From the NCBI RefSeq assembly GCF_018977255.1, contig NW_024704743.1, positions 103,294,001 to 103,358,000 of the forward strand: a DNA stretch of 64,000 nucleotides. The letters run 5' to 3'. The position numbers were made by a program, and so were the translations under genes. The notes beneath the pieces were generated by a model. It was not told the origin of the DNA and did no database searches. It worked only from the letters and a program-made list of their open reading frames with translations. This document shows, piece after piece, positions 11,931-24,777 of this stretch. Every line of letters starts with the position of its first letter. The stretch's first letter is position 1. The stretch comes from Callorhinchus milii (Eukaryota).

Positions 11931-12755
11931 CTCTTCTACTATATCATGATATGTCCATTTCCTCTACTTTGGTTTTCGCTCTAAATATATTTGCCACTTT
12001 ACTGCTAAAGATGATGAATTGTGAGAAGCTTTATGCTGCATGTTTGTCAAAGCTAGCAACTGCATTAGTCGTACAGCGTCATTCAGTCCATCTGGACTGG
12101 GTGTAAATCCAGGCATTAGAGTTAAAAGAAGAGTGTTCTAACTCACTTGTCTACAAGTAAGACTTTTTTGGAAAACAACCTTGTTAAAGACAGAGCGATC
12201 AATGGTTTCAAAAGCCTTCGGCAAGGTATAAGATTCTTAGTCCTTGTTTGAGGCAAGAGTTGATAGCCTGATATAAAAACACTAAAGAGGGTTGAGTGAA
12301 GGGCAACAAATCCATCGAAGGGTTTAAGCTGAATGATCTCTACAACACACCTAAAATTGTTTCTTTTCAGTTTTCCTCTTGACAGATTGAGGGATAACCA
12401 ACGATTACAAACAGCCCAAAACAAATCAAAGGCATATTTACAGCTAAAGTTTAAGCCAATGTTACAGTTAGTATTTAAGACCAGTGTGACTTGGATTGAA
12501 CCTCAAATATTTAGGAAATGCCAGGATTGGCCCTTAATGCAAGTACTAGGTGGAACAATTATCTTCAGTGACTTTACTTCACTGAAAGAATGAAGCTTTT
12601 ATCAAATATTTTCAACTGGATTCTACAAGGTTCCTTTCTTGCCATCATTTTCCACACATCTCCCTCTTTCCTCAGCCTACGTGGTAAGGCATACTGGGAT
12701 AGGATAGGTGCCTATTCTTCAACTGTGAGCAACAAACGTGATCTTCTGTTTACCG

Positions 12756-13065
12756 GGAGCCCTGTAGGTCAGTGGTTAGAGCATTTGCTTTGCAAGCTAG
12801 AAACGTGGGTTTGTTTCCCGGCAGGGCAAAACCTTGGGCAAGTTTCCTTACACCACAAGCCTGATAATCACTCAAGAAAAAAACAATAATAAAATTGGTC
12901 ACTTCAATCCATGACTGTTTGTGGAACATTGCTGTGCGCAATTGGTTACCGTGTTTCTCCCACAAATATACAATCAATTCACTTTACAGTAGATTCTGAG
13001 AAGCGCTTTGAGACATCTAGAAGATGTGAAAAGCACTGTATTAAATCCAAGGATTATTATCATCA
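12756..13065 (+). mobile_element. tRNA-derived SINE, short (internally deleted) form
   Basis: Head, then ACCTTGGGCAAGTTTCCTT joined directly to the AT-rich linker, then shared tail. Confidence 0.9.
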
Positions 13066-13199
13066 TGGAGAGCTTCAAAAATCATGCCAGATCCTATTCG
13101 TACTCAATGTTTACACACATAAAATTACATTTTTCTCCAGGACCCATGGAATAATAGACAAGAGCAGGATCACAGAAGAATTTGCCTCACCTTAACAAA

Positions 13200-13330
13200 A
13201 TGGAGAAGGGAATAGAAGAGTATGGGAGAGGGGATTAGTATAGTAAGAGGTTGGTTGGAGTATAAACACTGGCATGGACTAGTTGGGCCCAATGGTCTAT
13301 TTCCGTGCTGTAATTTTATAAAATTCTATG
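13200..13330 (+). mobile_element. CR1 3' terminus
   Basis: ATAAACACTGGCATGGACTAGTTGGGCCCAATGG...GTGCTGTAA...ATTCTATG. Confidence 0.7.
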
Positions 13331-13364
13331 CAGCCCATGACTATGTCAGCCCATTGTAGAACCA

Positions 13365-13480
13365 CAGCTCTTCACTTATCTGAGATCAGTGAATGCCAAA
13401 CAGATTGCAAGTCCACCCAGCAATCTTCTGGCCTGTAATAGCTTAGTTGCTACATTGGCTTTACAGACCAGACAACCAGG
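13365..13480 (-). mobile_element. Ancient SINE head relic, AmnSINE2-like
   Basis: Plus strand CTGAGATCAG...CAGA...ATCTTCTGGCCTGTA..GCTTAG resembles the reverse complement of the recalled head. Confidence 0.35.
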
Positions 13481-14311
13481 GAAGTTTCAATTTCAGTCAA
13501 TCTATTCCAGATAATAACACCGAAAAGAGATGTAATTTCTAGCATCTACAACAACTCAGTATTCAGACCATGGTGCAACTGTTCAAAATACCACTATTTA
13601 GGGCTGCAGATTTTAATTAAATCTCCAGATTTCCTATGTTATTGAGTCATACTCAGTAATATAGGAAAATGTTCTAAGATTAGCTGCAGTGATAATTCTA
13701 AAAGCTGAATCACATTAAAATGCCCCCAGAATCGAATTCTGATAAGATATCAGATATACTAGATTACCGTGAAGCTGTAACTGATTGGTTTCCTCAGTCC
13801 ATGTGAAATGTGAAGTACGATAAAACATGTTTGTGATGATTTGTTATTAAATCAGATTATCAATGTGAACGCACCCATTGGGGTTGATAAACCTGTTCTG
13901 ATTAAGATGGAAATGATGCTGAAGAACTGGTAAATATACCATTAGCATTACAATAATACTTACATCTTGACACAGCACCTTAACATGTCGAAATGTCTCA
14001 AAGCTCTTCACAGGATTTGCTGTGAAGAGAAGGAACTCTGGGTGTGTAATTGAAGGTGTCAACTGAGCAGGTATCAATCCAGTAACTGAAAATGCCTTTC
14101 TCCAAGTAACAAAATAGACTCAAGGAACATGGCAATCGAAAGTGTATTCAGATCCAGACAAAAATCCTGACAAAAGGAATAGTGACATTGCACAGCAGTG
14201 CCCTGGGTGTATTTTTAATCAATTTTGACACCTATTTATTCAGAAGGTGCACTCATATATCACATCCATACTATGTATCTATCAAATGGTGTCAAACTCA
14301 ACATTCCCCTC

Positions 14312-14485
14312 TTCAGGACTTGAGTTTGTAGCCTAGGCTGACACTCCAGCATGATATTGGAGAGTGGAGTTTTGTCAGAAAACTCCTTCAGATGAAATTG
14401 TGACTTGTCTACCTTTTCAGGTAGATCCCATGATAATATTCAAAAAGAGAAGGGACTTTCTCCAGGTGTCCTGCCTAATGTTTCT
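14312..14485 (+). mobile_element. Deu-domain SINE fragment
   Basis: CTAGGCTGACACTCCAG...TTCAGATGA...AGATCCCATG...GGTGTCCTG. Confidence 0.65.
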
Positions 14486-14569
14486 CCATTTAATTTCAAA
14501 ATGTCTCAAAGCTCTTCACAGGTAATTTTTGTTAAGTGCTGACTGTTTTTGTTCTGCTCCGTTCACTGA

Positions 14570-14780
14570 AACTCCATCCCAAAGTCCATTGAACTTGTTC
14601 GCTCTCCCTCCTTTCAAGGCACATCTCAAAACATTCCTCTTTGATCGTGCTTTCAGTCATCTTTTCTCTCTCAACCACCCTCGACTCCCACCCCCAGCTC
14701 AGGTGCCCAACTAACAATATAAAATGCTTCAAGACATCCTCCCAAAATGAAAGGAGCTATATAAAAGTAAATTGTATTGT
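14570..14780 (+). mobile_element. L2 3' end
   Basis: FKAHLKTFLFDRAF motif and L2 tail. Confidence 0.7.
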
Positions 14781-15789
14781 ATTTGTAGGCAAGTACAGTA
14801 GCCTTGCTGCACACAGCAAGTTCCCACAGAAGCATGAGGTAAATAAACTTATTAATCTGGGGAATTTGGCCTTATTGCTATCCCAATTGAGATCAACTAA
14901 CACAACATAGACCAGGGGGGATGTAGGATTTTGTATTTGCATTCCATACTGGCAATCGATTTACAAATTATACTTTAAATATCCATAGCACTATTCAGAA
15001 AGAAGGGAGATTCTCCCAGTATCCGGGTCAACAATCACCCACCTACCATTGGTCTTTCACTTCATTGCAGTTTGCGCCCAAATTGGCTGCCACATTCACC
15101 TACAAATACACAAATATTACACTTCACAGTAAAAATTTGTGAAGCGCATTGAAAAGCCTTTGATGACGTGCTGAGATATTATTTTATTGTTGCTTGGTTT
15201 ACGTACAGCAGAGACTGTCATATAGCTATGATGGTAATTTCTCAGGATATGCTCTATAACATCTATAATCTACAAACCAACAGTGCAGCAGTCATTGCAG
15301 TCATGTGGTCTGTCAGCCAGACCAGGACAAACAAAATAGAGGGTCCATCAATGCAGCATCTAAATTATAAGTTTCTGCCAAGGCGAACAACAAAAATACC
15401 AAATTGAGGCACATTTGCACTGTGGGATTTACTCATGGGAAAATCATACCTTTGCATATGAAGCTACTAGGGAATTTACATATAGAAATGTGATAAATTG
15501 CTTTATTGAAATTAATGTTATACCAAATAGCATATTAAATATGTCCTCAGGTTTATTAAAGCTAGGATTTAAACCATTGAGAGAAGCAAAGTCTGGTTTC
15601 TAATTAATCTAATGTGCATATGTAAAATTTGCATTTGCCAGCATAATTCATTAAAGTTATCCACATTAGAATCATAACTTGCACAATTTACAGATAGGAA
15701 TTCCAATGTTTGAGTTATTCATACAATTTTGAGGCTATTTCACTCTTTTCCCCTCATAATCTTATAATTGACCCATTTGTACAAAGTAC

Positions 15790-16075
15790 TAATTATTTTT
15801 GCATTTGACACAGCTCTTAACACTTCATCAAAGATATCTCAATGTGCTTTACGGGATATATTGTAAATTGTAGTACTTGTATTTTGTAGGCAAACAGCAG
15901 CCAATTTGTGCAGAGCAATATTTCACATCATTGTCCAGAACAACAGATGAAACTCCCTTCTCTTTCCAAATAGTGCCACGGGAGTTTTAATGTCCACTTG
16001 AATAGAAAGCTGAGACTTTAATATCCTGTATAATATTTCATTTGAAGAACTTCAATTTAATGTCTCATCTGAAAT
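15790..16075 (-). mobile_element. Deu-domain SINE, 3' part
   Basis: Tail, GCAGCCAATTTGTGCA, AAATAGTGCCACGGGAG, TTTAATGTCTCATCTGAA. Confidence 0.65.
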
Positions 16076-16414
16076 AACAAGTAGATTTTGAGTGCAGATC
16101 TGTGACCCAAGTAGATTGTCTTGACCAGGGAAAATCCAATGTTTGACATGTTTCTGGATAATGAACCTGAGATCAAGTAGGTGATCGAAATGTAAGAGAA
16201 TATTTAAGAAATAATGACCATAACATTGTATTCATATAAGAAGAGATGATTTGAAAAATTAGGGTTAAGCCCACCGAACTCGAAAAAAGCAAATTTGAGC
16301 AAGTTTTTTAAAAAAAAACTAGCCAGATTCACTGGATGGTAAACATGGCTGGTAAATCAATGAATCAGAAATGATTGTACATACATTTCTGTGTTTACAA
16401 AAGAGTGGAAAAGT

Positions 16415-16700
16415 TCAAATGAAGAAAGCCCTTCGGTCCATTTAATGTCTTCCTTCCAGCTCTGCACTGTGCTGTTTATTAAATGAGTCCAGTATCTTGG
16501 CCTCAACCACTCTTCCTAGCAATCTGTTCCAGTTGTTAATTAACTCTGGGTGAAGAAATACTTCCTGGTGCTTGTCCTGATATAATCCTTTGCAACTCTA
16601 CATTTATGACCTCTTCTATTTGCTTGATGCATTTGTAATTATTATTTGGGGTTTACGTTTACAAACTCATTTGAAATCTTTTGTCACCTCTGTAAAGTTA
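16415..16700 (-). mobile_element. Old CR1-like 3' fragment
   Basis: GTTCCAGTTGTTAATTAACTCTGGGTGAAGAAATACTTCC (reverse of FFTQRV..WN.LP) preceded by 3' UTR remnant. Confidence 0.6.
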
Positions 16701-17948
16701 CCAGAAGTGGATGGGTGAGCAGTTAACTACTTGGGATACTTTGTGGTTTATTTGAACAATGAAGAAAAACAATAAAAACACTATAAACCCATTTGGTTAG
16801 TTTTAAAGTTCTACAACAAATCCTGACAATGAATGTTCTCCTGTTGTCACTCTACCCGTCAATTTAAAAAATTGCTGTAAGAGTGTTAGGAATAGCCTCA
16901 CACAAAACATGGGAAAAGATAATGGTACCATGCTACTTCTTTGTTTAGAAAAAACAGCTTTCAAATTATGAGTGAAAAGAAACATTTGCACAATTCAGTG
17001 CAATCTTCAATTTTAAAGACTAAATGATCCTATGGATTAAGACAAGGTGGAATTGTGGACCTCGTATCTGTTTACCACATGAGCTATGGAAAATAGCCAT
17101 ACATTCAGAATATCCAGGCTAAATATAGTCCCTGTGAAGTGAAATATGATTCTCTCAACCATTATCCTGCAACTGTGTTTTTTTCTAACCGAGTAGGGTA
17201 TATCCCAACAACTGGGTATTTACTGCACTCTGGAGATGAAATGGCTTTTACAAGAAAAAATCTTTCGAGTTAATCTTTTGCTGTAGAAGCTTCATGTCTT
17301 TAAATAATGCTTTGATGTCATTTTGGAATGCTAATAATCCTTTGGACTAGATCAAAGAATTAAAGAAACTCCAGTGAAATATTATTCAAACTAGTAAGAG
17401 CTGAAATTGTGAACCCCATTAACCTCAAACCTTCACATATAATTCTGAAAAGGTCAGTCAACCTGACCAGAAGTTGTGGTTTAAAGGTTTCACTTCACAC
17501 CTTTACGGAAACTGTCATTGTAAATTACCTGCTTTCCCTGCTCACCGTTTAATCTCACACATTAGGAACATAATTCCCATTTAAAACAAAAATGAAGGTA
17601 CAGAATCTGTCACACATTATTTATATATTGAAACACAGTTTAGCGGGGTTGAATCAATTGCTACATTGAAAATCAAGTATTTGAAAAGATAGCAAAACTT
17701 AGTTTGGCTTCTTTTCACATAAGAAAACAAATAGAATCTTGGCTCTGTACATTTAGGCACTGTTGTAGTTGGCAATTATTTTAAATAAAACAAAAATTAA
17801 ATATTGGCCTCTTATCTGCATTCAATTCAAATCCTGCTTCCTTAATCTTGCCATCTGTTCAGTTAATGAAGTTGATGCATTGACAAACAGAATTGGCCAA
17901 TGAATTATAGATGTAACTATTGTACATGACAAGCATCCCTGAAATAGA

Positions 17949-18302
17949 AATAATTCTTGCATTTGATATATTTTAAATCGGGAGAACGTACCAGAGCGCT
18001 TCACAGGAGATACTGTTATATATAGTGAATTTTGAGGGGAATATGACAGCCCATTTACATGGCTTGACTCAGAGAGAAACACACTCTTTGTAAGGTGTGC
18101 CACAGGATCTCTAATGTCAACCAAGCAGAATGTTAGAATCTTGGCTGATCTAAAGGACAGCATCTCTAGAGATGGAGGACACCCTCAGTGCTGCATTAAA
18201 GTTAGACTAAGTTCAACTGAACTCAAAGTTCCAACATGGGCCTTGAACCCACAACCTTCTGATTAAGAGACCAGAGTGCTACCAACTGAACTAGGTTGAC
18301 AC
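17949..18302 (-). mobile_element. Old Deu-domain SINE
   Basis: Head (CTTGAACCCACAACCTTCTGA...AGAGTGCTACCAACTGAACTAGGTTGACAC on plus), degraded Deu body, tail. Confidence 0.7.
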
Positions 18303-18784
18303 ATGATAATACTGAAATGAGCTGACGTTAATATTATAATAATAATAATCCTTGCATTTGATATAGCGCTTTACACATCTTCTAGACGACTCAAACTATA
18401 TAATACTACGTTAGCTATAACTGCAGAACAAGTCTACTGTCCATCGAATGTGTGTGATGTTCTATGTTGTTCGGGATTAACATTGCCATTTATTTGCTTC
18501 AAATCCAGACAATACTTGCTTAATTTAGCAGTTTAACACTGCATCTAGATCTTTAAGACAGGATTCCTCAATGAGGATAACTGTATTCTGTACTTTTTGA
18601 TATGTTCCATTGCATAAAGATTCAATTCTCTTCATGAAATAAATCATGTTAGGAACTGCATTAATTAAATCCCACTGAGATCCTTCAGATGCTCAAAGCA
18701 GCTCAGCAAAGCTTCAAGTACTGTCACATACAATTCCATTAGTATGAGGGAGATTGATCATAAAACTGTGAGGTGGCATCATGA

Positions 18785-19070
18785 GGGCTAAAGGAGTAGA
18801 AAGTTATGCTGATAGGCTTAGTTGAGGAAGGGCAGGAGGAGGCTCATGTGGAGCATAAACGCTGGCATAGACAATTTGGGCTGAATGGCCCGTTTCTGTG
18901 CTGTATATTCTATGTATGTAATTCTATGTACTTGAGGAACGATGAAAGGTAAGGGGAAAAGAGTGAGGGAATGGGATTAGAACAGATAGCTCAAATGTTG
19001 GAGCTAGCCCATCAGCATAGGCATGATGGGCCAAAGTGCATTCTTCTGTGCTGTAAATATTCTCTGATTA
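18785..19070 (+). mobile_element. Two adjacent CR1 3' termini
   Basis: GGGCTGAATGGCCCGTTTCTGTGCTGTATATTCTATG and GATGGGCCAAAGTGCATTCTTCTGTGCTGTAAATATTCT. Confidence 0.7.
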
Positions 19071-19900
19071 TGGGAAACTCCCATCTGAAGATTGGATTCT
19101 AAACCTTATTAGTGAAGTACCAACACTGATTATGATAGAATAGGAACACTTCACAGGTATATCACACATTTTATGGTCAGCCTCCCACTCAATGTAATGG
19201 TACAAGACAGAAGCAGAACCTGAAGCATTGCTAAAGTCATCAGTTCATCAATTTCAATGTTCACAATCTGCTGGGGACCAGATTTGCTGCGTGACCTGAA
19301 AAAAATAAATCATCGTCTGACAGAAGATGAACGACACAGAGAAATATGTTGGCATGATTGCTGTTTGGGTTCGACAGCGAGATTCTTAGAATAAAGAAAT
19401 GTGCGCCTCCAATCCTAGCTCTCAAAACAAAATATGGAAACATGGGAAACTACATGTGAATACAATTACACTTTAAAGCTCTTAGGACAAATTTATCCAT
19501 ACATTCACTGAGGTCCACCACAGTAAATTCTAACAGGATTCCTTTATAGTGCCATGGGATGTTTCACCTGAACAGGCAGACAGAGACTTGATTTAGAAGA
19601 ACAGCACCTCCAACAGGTTAATACTGCAATAGAGTGTCAGTTTAAACTGTCAAGTTCCAAGTCCCAATGTGTCGGAGGCTAGGCTGATAGTCAAAATACA
19701 CAGTAACTACACTTCAAAGAAACGTTGTGAAATGTATTAATAATTATAAAATTATAGTACAGACCAAATACAGATTTTAAAATCGCTTTATAGAGGAAAC
19801 CTAATTCATACATAGTAATTGGGTTCATAAACTCCAGCGCCTTTTAATAGCCGTCAGCATTTCTTGATTATCCGTTCCCTGCTGACTTCACTTCCTATGT

Positions 19901-20225
19901 GGAGTCCTGTAGCTCAGTGGTTAGAGCACTCGCTTTGCAAGCGAGAGACCTGAGTTCAATCCCAGGCAGGGCGAAACCTTGGGCAAGTTTCCTTACTCCA
20001 CACGCCTAATAATAATCCCTTCAAAAACCAAAAACAATAATTAATTGGTCATTTTCAATCTACGACTGTTTGTGGGACATTGCTGTGCGCAATTGGCTGC
20101 CGCGTTCGCCCACAAATATACAGTCAATTCACTTTGCAGTATGTTCTGTGAAGCGCTTTGGGACGTCCTCCCGACGTGAAAAGCGCTATATCAAATGCAA
20201 GGATTATTATTATTATTATTATTAT
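19901..20225 (+). mobile_element. Young tRNA-derived SINE, short form (cleanest copy)
   Basis: A box TAGCTCAGTGG; D stem GCTC/GAGC; anticodon arm CTCGC-TTTGCAA-GCGAG (TGC, Ala-like); B box GAGTTCAATCC; 3' stem-loop at 20152-20187; (TTA)n tail. Confidence 0.95.
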
Positions 20226-21276
20226 GCACAGAAAGTACCACTGGTTGTTGGTGCACATTATTGTTGTCACATCCTGCATGAAACTATCCAATCAGCGCTG
20301 GAAGCTAGAAGTGTGCCGCACTTCCGGTATATCACAAGTTCACAATACAACTGTGCTACATGTAAGGCATGTTGTAACAGGACAACCTGTACTCAATTAG
20401 TTCCAAATTTTAAAATTCACATCATTTTTATGGTGCAAATTGATTCTGCTATAAGGCTTTTGTGTTTTACTGCGTTAGATTCCAATCAACTTTCACTTGT
20501 GGTTTACTGTGATAAAAATATTCACCATATGTGCTGATGTTAAATCCTGGTTATCAATATTGGAATCAATAAATTAATTAGATTGAAGTTGCAATGTATT
20601 AAGAGTTTTTTTTTAAAAAAACGTTATCGAGTGGCAAGGGCATGCTGTCAGTTTCACTGTTCAAAATATTGCTCACAAATTTGATTACACGAATTAGAAC
20701 CAAACGAATTATTAAGTATAAAAGTAAATGAATGGCATTATTCAAACCTAGAAATCAAATTATTCCCTTGGAAATCATGTAATATATTACAGTGTAAGTA
20801 ATGTACGGTGCAACTATTCTGGAGCTAACTTAGAACAGCCGCCAAGAGAAAAAGAACTGCTATTTTATTTGCTGGTTGAGGAATGTAACATTTGGATTCT
20901 GATTTCCAGGATACCAGTTCAACTCAAGATATTCTGGTGAGTTATAATAATATTAATAATCTTTACATTTAATGTAATGGCTGCACCTTAGAGACATTGA
21001 AATGTCTCAAAGGGCTTTACAGGCTTTACTGCAAAGTTGTTGTAGTAATTGTATTTACAGGCATAACTTAAACTGGGTTGGCATTGCACCCAAACATTTT
21101 CACAAAATTCGGTGGGAGGAGGGGGGAAAGAGTCAACTAGGACATCAACAGGACATCCTGAAAAGACAGCAGACAATTTTACAGTATCGCCTTATCACAC
21201 TGACTGCTGCATTTATCATCCCACGATGTTTTCTGTAAAAAAGAATTATTGGGGTCTAAATAGCTGAAACACAATT

Positions 21277-22675
21277 AATCATAGAATCACAGAATCGTAC
21301 AACATAAAAAGAGGCCATTCGGCCCATCGAGTTTGTGCCGGCTCTTTGAAAAGAGCAATGTAATGTCAATCCCACTACCCAGCCCTTTCCCCATAACCCT
21401 GCAAACCCGTCCTCCTCAAATACCCATCCACCGCATTATTAAAAGTTGTTATCGAATTGGCCTTGACCATCCTTTCAGGCAATGCGTTCCAGATTCGAAC
21501 AACTCGCTGCGTGAAAAAATTTCTTCTCACCTCCCCTCTGCTTCTTTTAGAGACTATTTTGAATCTGTGACCTCGAGTCACCGACACACCCACCAGTGGA
21601 AACAGTTTTTCCCTTTCTAACCTATCAAATCCCCTCATGATTTTGAAGAACTCTATTAGGTCTCCTCATAAACTTCTCTGCTCCATTGAGAATAATCCCA
21701 GCCTCTCTAGCCTTTCCTCATAATCAAGGTCCCTCATTCCTGGTACCATCCTTGTAAATCTCTGCACCCTTTCCAATGCCTTAACATCCTTCCTATAGTG
21801 TGGTGCCCAGAACTGGGCGCAGTAATCTAACTGAGGCCTAACCAGTGTTTTATACTCCTGACTCTTGTACTCTATGCCCCTATTTATAAAGCCTAGTATC
21901 CCATATGCCCTTTTTACAGCTTTATCTACCTGTCCTGCCACCTTCAAGGATGCATTTATCTGCATCCCCAGGTCTCTCTGTTCTTTTACCCCCCTTAAGA
22001 TTGTATTACTTAGCCTATATTGCCTCCCCTCATTCTTTCTACCAAAATGCATTACCTCGCATTTCTCCACATTGAAACTCATCTGCCATGTGTCTGCCCA
22101 TTTTACCATTCTGTCTATGTCTTCCTGCAGTTGGCTACTATCCTTCTCACTGTTCACCACCCACCTAACTTTGTGTCATCTGCAAACTTGGAAATTGTGC
22201 TTGCTATACCCAAGTCCAGATCATTTATGTATATTAAGAAGAGCAGTGGTCCTAATATTGAAGTCAGAAAAGCAGCCGTTCACAACTCTCTGCTTTCTGT
22301 CTCCCAGCCAGTTCTGGATCCATGCTGCCACTGTCCCTTTTATACCATGGGCTTCTATCTTTCTTACAAGTCTTTCATGTGGCACTTTGTCAAATGCCTT
22401 TTGAAAGTCCATATAAACTACATCAACTGCACAACTTTATCCACCTTCTCCGTTACCTCATCGAAAAATTCTAATAGATTGGTTAGACAAGATCTGCCTT
22501 TAACAAATCCGTGCTGGCTGTCCCTAATTAACCCATATTCTTCTAAGTGAAGATTTATTCTGTCCCGGATTATAGTCTCCAGGAGTTTCCCCACTACTGA
22601 TGTTAGGCTGACTGGCCTGTAGTTCCCAGGTTTGTCCTTCTGTCCCTTTTTGTACAGGGGAGTCACATTGGCCAT
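21277..22675 (-). mobile_element. CR1 LINE, 5'-truncated, disrupted ORF2 reverse transcriptase
   Basis: ANVTPLYKKG..PGNYRPVSLTS, DFQKAFDKVPH, FADD (about 22172-22186), RPQLDYCAQFW, FFTQRVVRIWNALP, (ATTCTRTG)n tail. Frameshifts and a deletion removing the GVPQG motif near 22260. Confidence 0.97.
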
Positions 22676-23039
22676 ATGCCTCCTTTTTCTGCTTCATTCT
22701 AATGGTTCAAGAATACATTTTATTGCCAACGTTGTATTGTAAATTAACACAGATCTCATTCCCGTTACAAAGTTCTTCTCTATGTAGCTACAATTATCTC
22801 AAAAAAAATATAGCAATGGGACTTGAGGAAAAATAGTAACGTTAATTGTCATGATTGCAAAGGACATGTATCTGGGCTTCTGCAAAGCTCATAGATCATG
22901 AAGTGTAGTCTTTATATGGACATGAGTGCTGCACTTTTGCTTAAACCAACATTATTTGTATTCACTAGAGTTCTATATTACATGAAGGTCACACACAGGG
23001 ACTTAAAGGTTTAAATATATGTTTTAAGCTCACATGAAG

Positions 23040-23315
23040 CTGTTCCATTTGGCAGGCAGGCCTTCAGCCACTCTGTCCCCAGCTCTGGAACTCCAACCCA
23101 CAGTCCCTCTGCCTCGCCCCCTCCCTTGACACCTTCAACACCCATCTCAAGACCCTCCTCTTTGACCGTGCCTTCCATCACCCTCCTTTCTCCTATACTA
23201 TCTAGTCTGGCCGATCCTGAACCACCAGCTCAGGTCCGAAACACTGATTGTCCAGAGCATTGGGACATACTCCCGATGTGAAAGGTGCTATACAAATGTA
23301 ATTTTGTTGTTGTCG
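23040..23315 (+). mobile_element. L2 3' end
   Basis: GRAFSHSVPSLWNS...THLKTLLFDRAF-like; homologous to 63450-63733. Confidence 0.85.
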
Positions 23316-24343
23316 TTCTTTCATGAGCATTGGGCACTTGGTGGTAGTGGGTTAGATACTAAAGCATGAGTTAAATTTTAAATGTTTAGATATCAATGTA
23401 TACCTTTTAGTTGGTCCATTGCTGGTTTGGACCACTGACAGAGTATCATAAATAGCTTCCTACTTTCACTTGCCATATGCCTAGTGTTTGTCACTGAAAT
23501 GATGTCTGAACAGCAAGAACTGTACCTACCATTTTCCCAAATTGTAGATCTCTTGTCTTCAGTGTTTCTCTGATATTACAGATCTAGTTTGCAGTATTTC
23601 TCAATGGAATTCCTCCGAATTCCACTCAACCCTGTGGAAACTCCAGTATTAAAGAAAATCATATCATAGTGAAATTTCTGTTGTTCGACACAAACTATGT
23701 TATCTGGTGTTCCATAGCACCTCAGGTCCTCTAATAGAGCTGTTGAGTGTTGATCCCAACAACAAACTTAAATAAAATCCACTGCTAACTATACTTTAAG
23801 AAAATCCCAAATCCATGTGCTGCTTTCATTGGCGCATCAAAAAACCAACTGGCCTTCTCCTTGTGTATCATCCATGAGTTTTCCACACCACATTTACGTC
23901 CTTTGTGGTACAAGATCGCCATCAAATTCACAGTATAGAGGTGCTGAATTACACTCTAATTCAAATGCAATGGTCCACTGAGACTTAGCGAAGGTGATGG
24001 GTCAATGGTGGATGAGCTCTATTATAACAACTGAAGCGAACCAAATGCTCACCATCCGAGACTCTGAAATCACCCTGCAGCTACTTCTGCCAGATTAAGC
24101 CAGGAGACACATTCTAGTAGGTCGATAATAATGTGAGCAATCAGATTACATACAACTCACACGTATTCAGTGAAGCAGTTTCCTCTGAAACTCAAATTCC
24201 AATTGTACATGTTCAGTTATATAACATACTGATTAATGTCATGTATTTTCACTGTATCACACTGCATTGGAGTGGGCAGTGTTCTACCCATTCTTGAAGC
24301 AAGTGTAGCTGTCAAGCATTTAAAGTACTTCACTAGTGCAAGG

Positions 24344-24777
24344 TAATAAATAATCCAAGCATTTGATATGACATCGTATTACATTGTTGAAACATCTAAA
24401 AAAATCACTTCACAGGATTTACTAGGTGAATTGAATGCATTTTATAGACAATCAAGGTAGCCAATTTCTACACTGCTACATCGTTCAAACAGCTGTGAAG
24501 TGAGTGGTCAATATTATGCAGGGGATTGTCGAGCAGGAGAAACTCCTTTGTCTTTTAAATGCTGTCAAGCAATTGTTAGTATCCACCTGAAAAAGCAGAC
24601 GGGACGTCAGTTTAACATCTCATCCGAAAGATGGCACCTCTGACAATATCGTGCTTCCCCAGCTCTGCACTGGAATTTTAGCCTGAAACAACATGATTTT
24701 GAGTTCAAAGTCCTGACACAGGGTTTAAACTCACAACCTTTTTACGTTGACAAGAGTGCTATCAACTGAGCCAGGCC
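24344..24777 (-). mobile_element. Old Deu-domain SINE, near full length
   Basis: TTTAACATCTCATCCGAAAGATGGCACCTCTGACAAT Deu motif with head and tail. Confidence 0.8.

Noticed and set aside
19901..19975. tRNA-Ala(TGC) gene (and similar heads in other copies)
   Set aside because: Cloverleaf is partial with an imperfect T arm and first acceptor pair, there is no oligo-T terminator after it, and it always continues into a SINE body.
20070..20537. Recurrent peptide [22 protein letters not shown]... suggesting a gene family (also 37664-38416, 57239-57430, 27103-27333)
   Set aside because: Translation of the SINE 3' half; recurrence reflects repeat copies.
21375..22675. Functional reverse transcriptase gene or retron-like system
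   Set aside because: Ordinary 5'-truncated CR1 with frameshifts and loss of the PQG motif.
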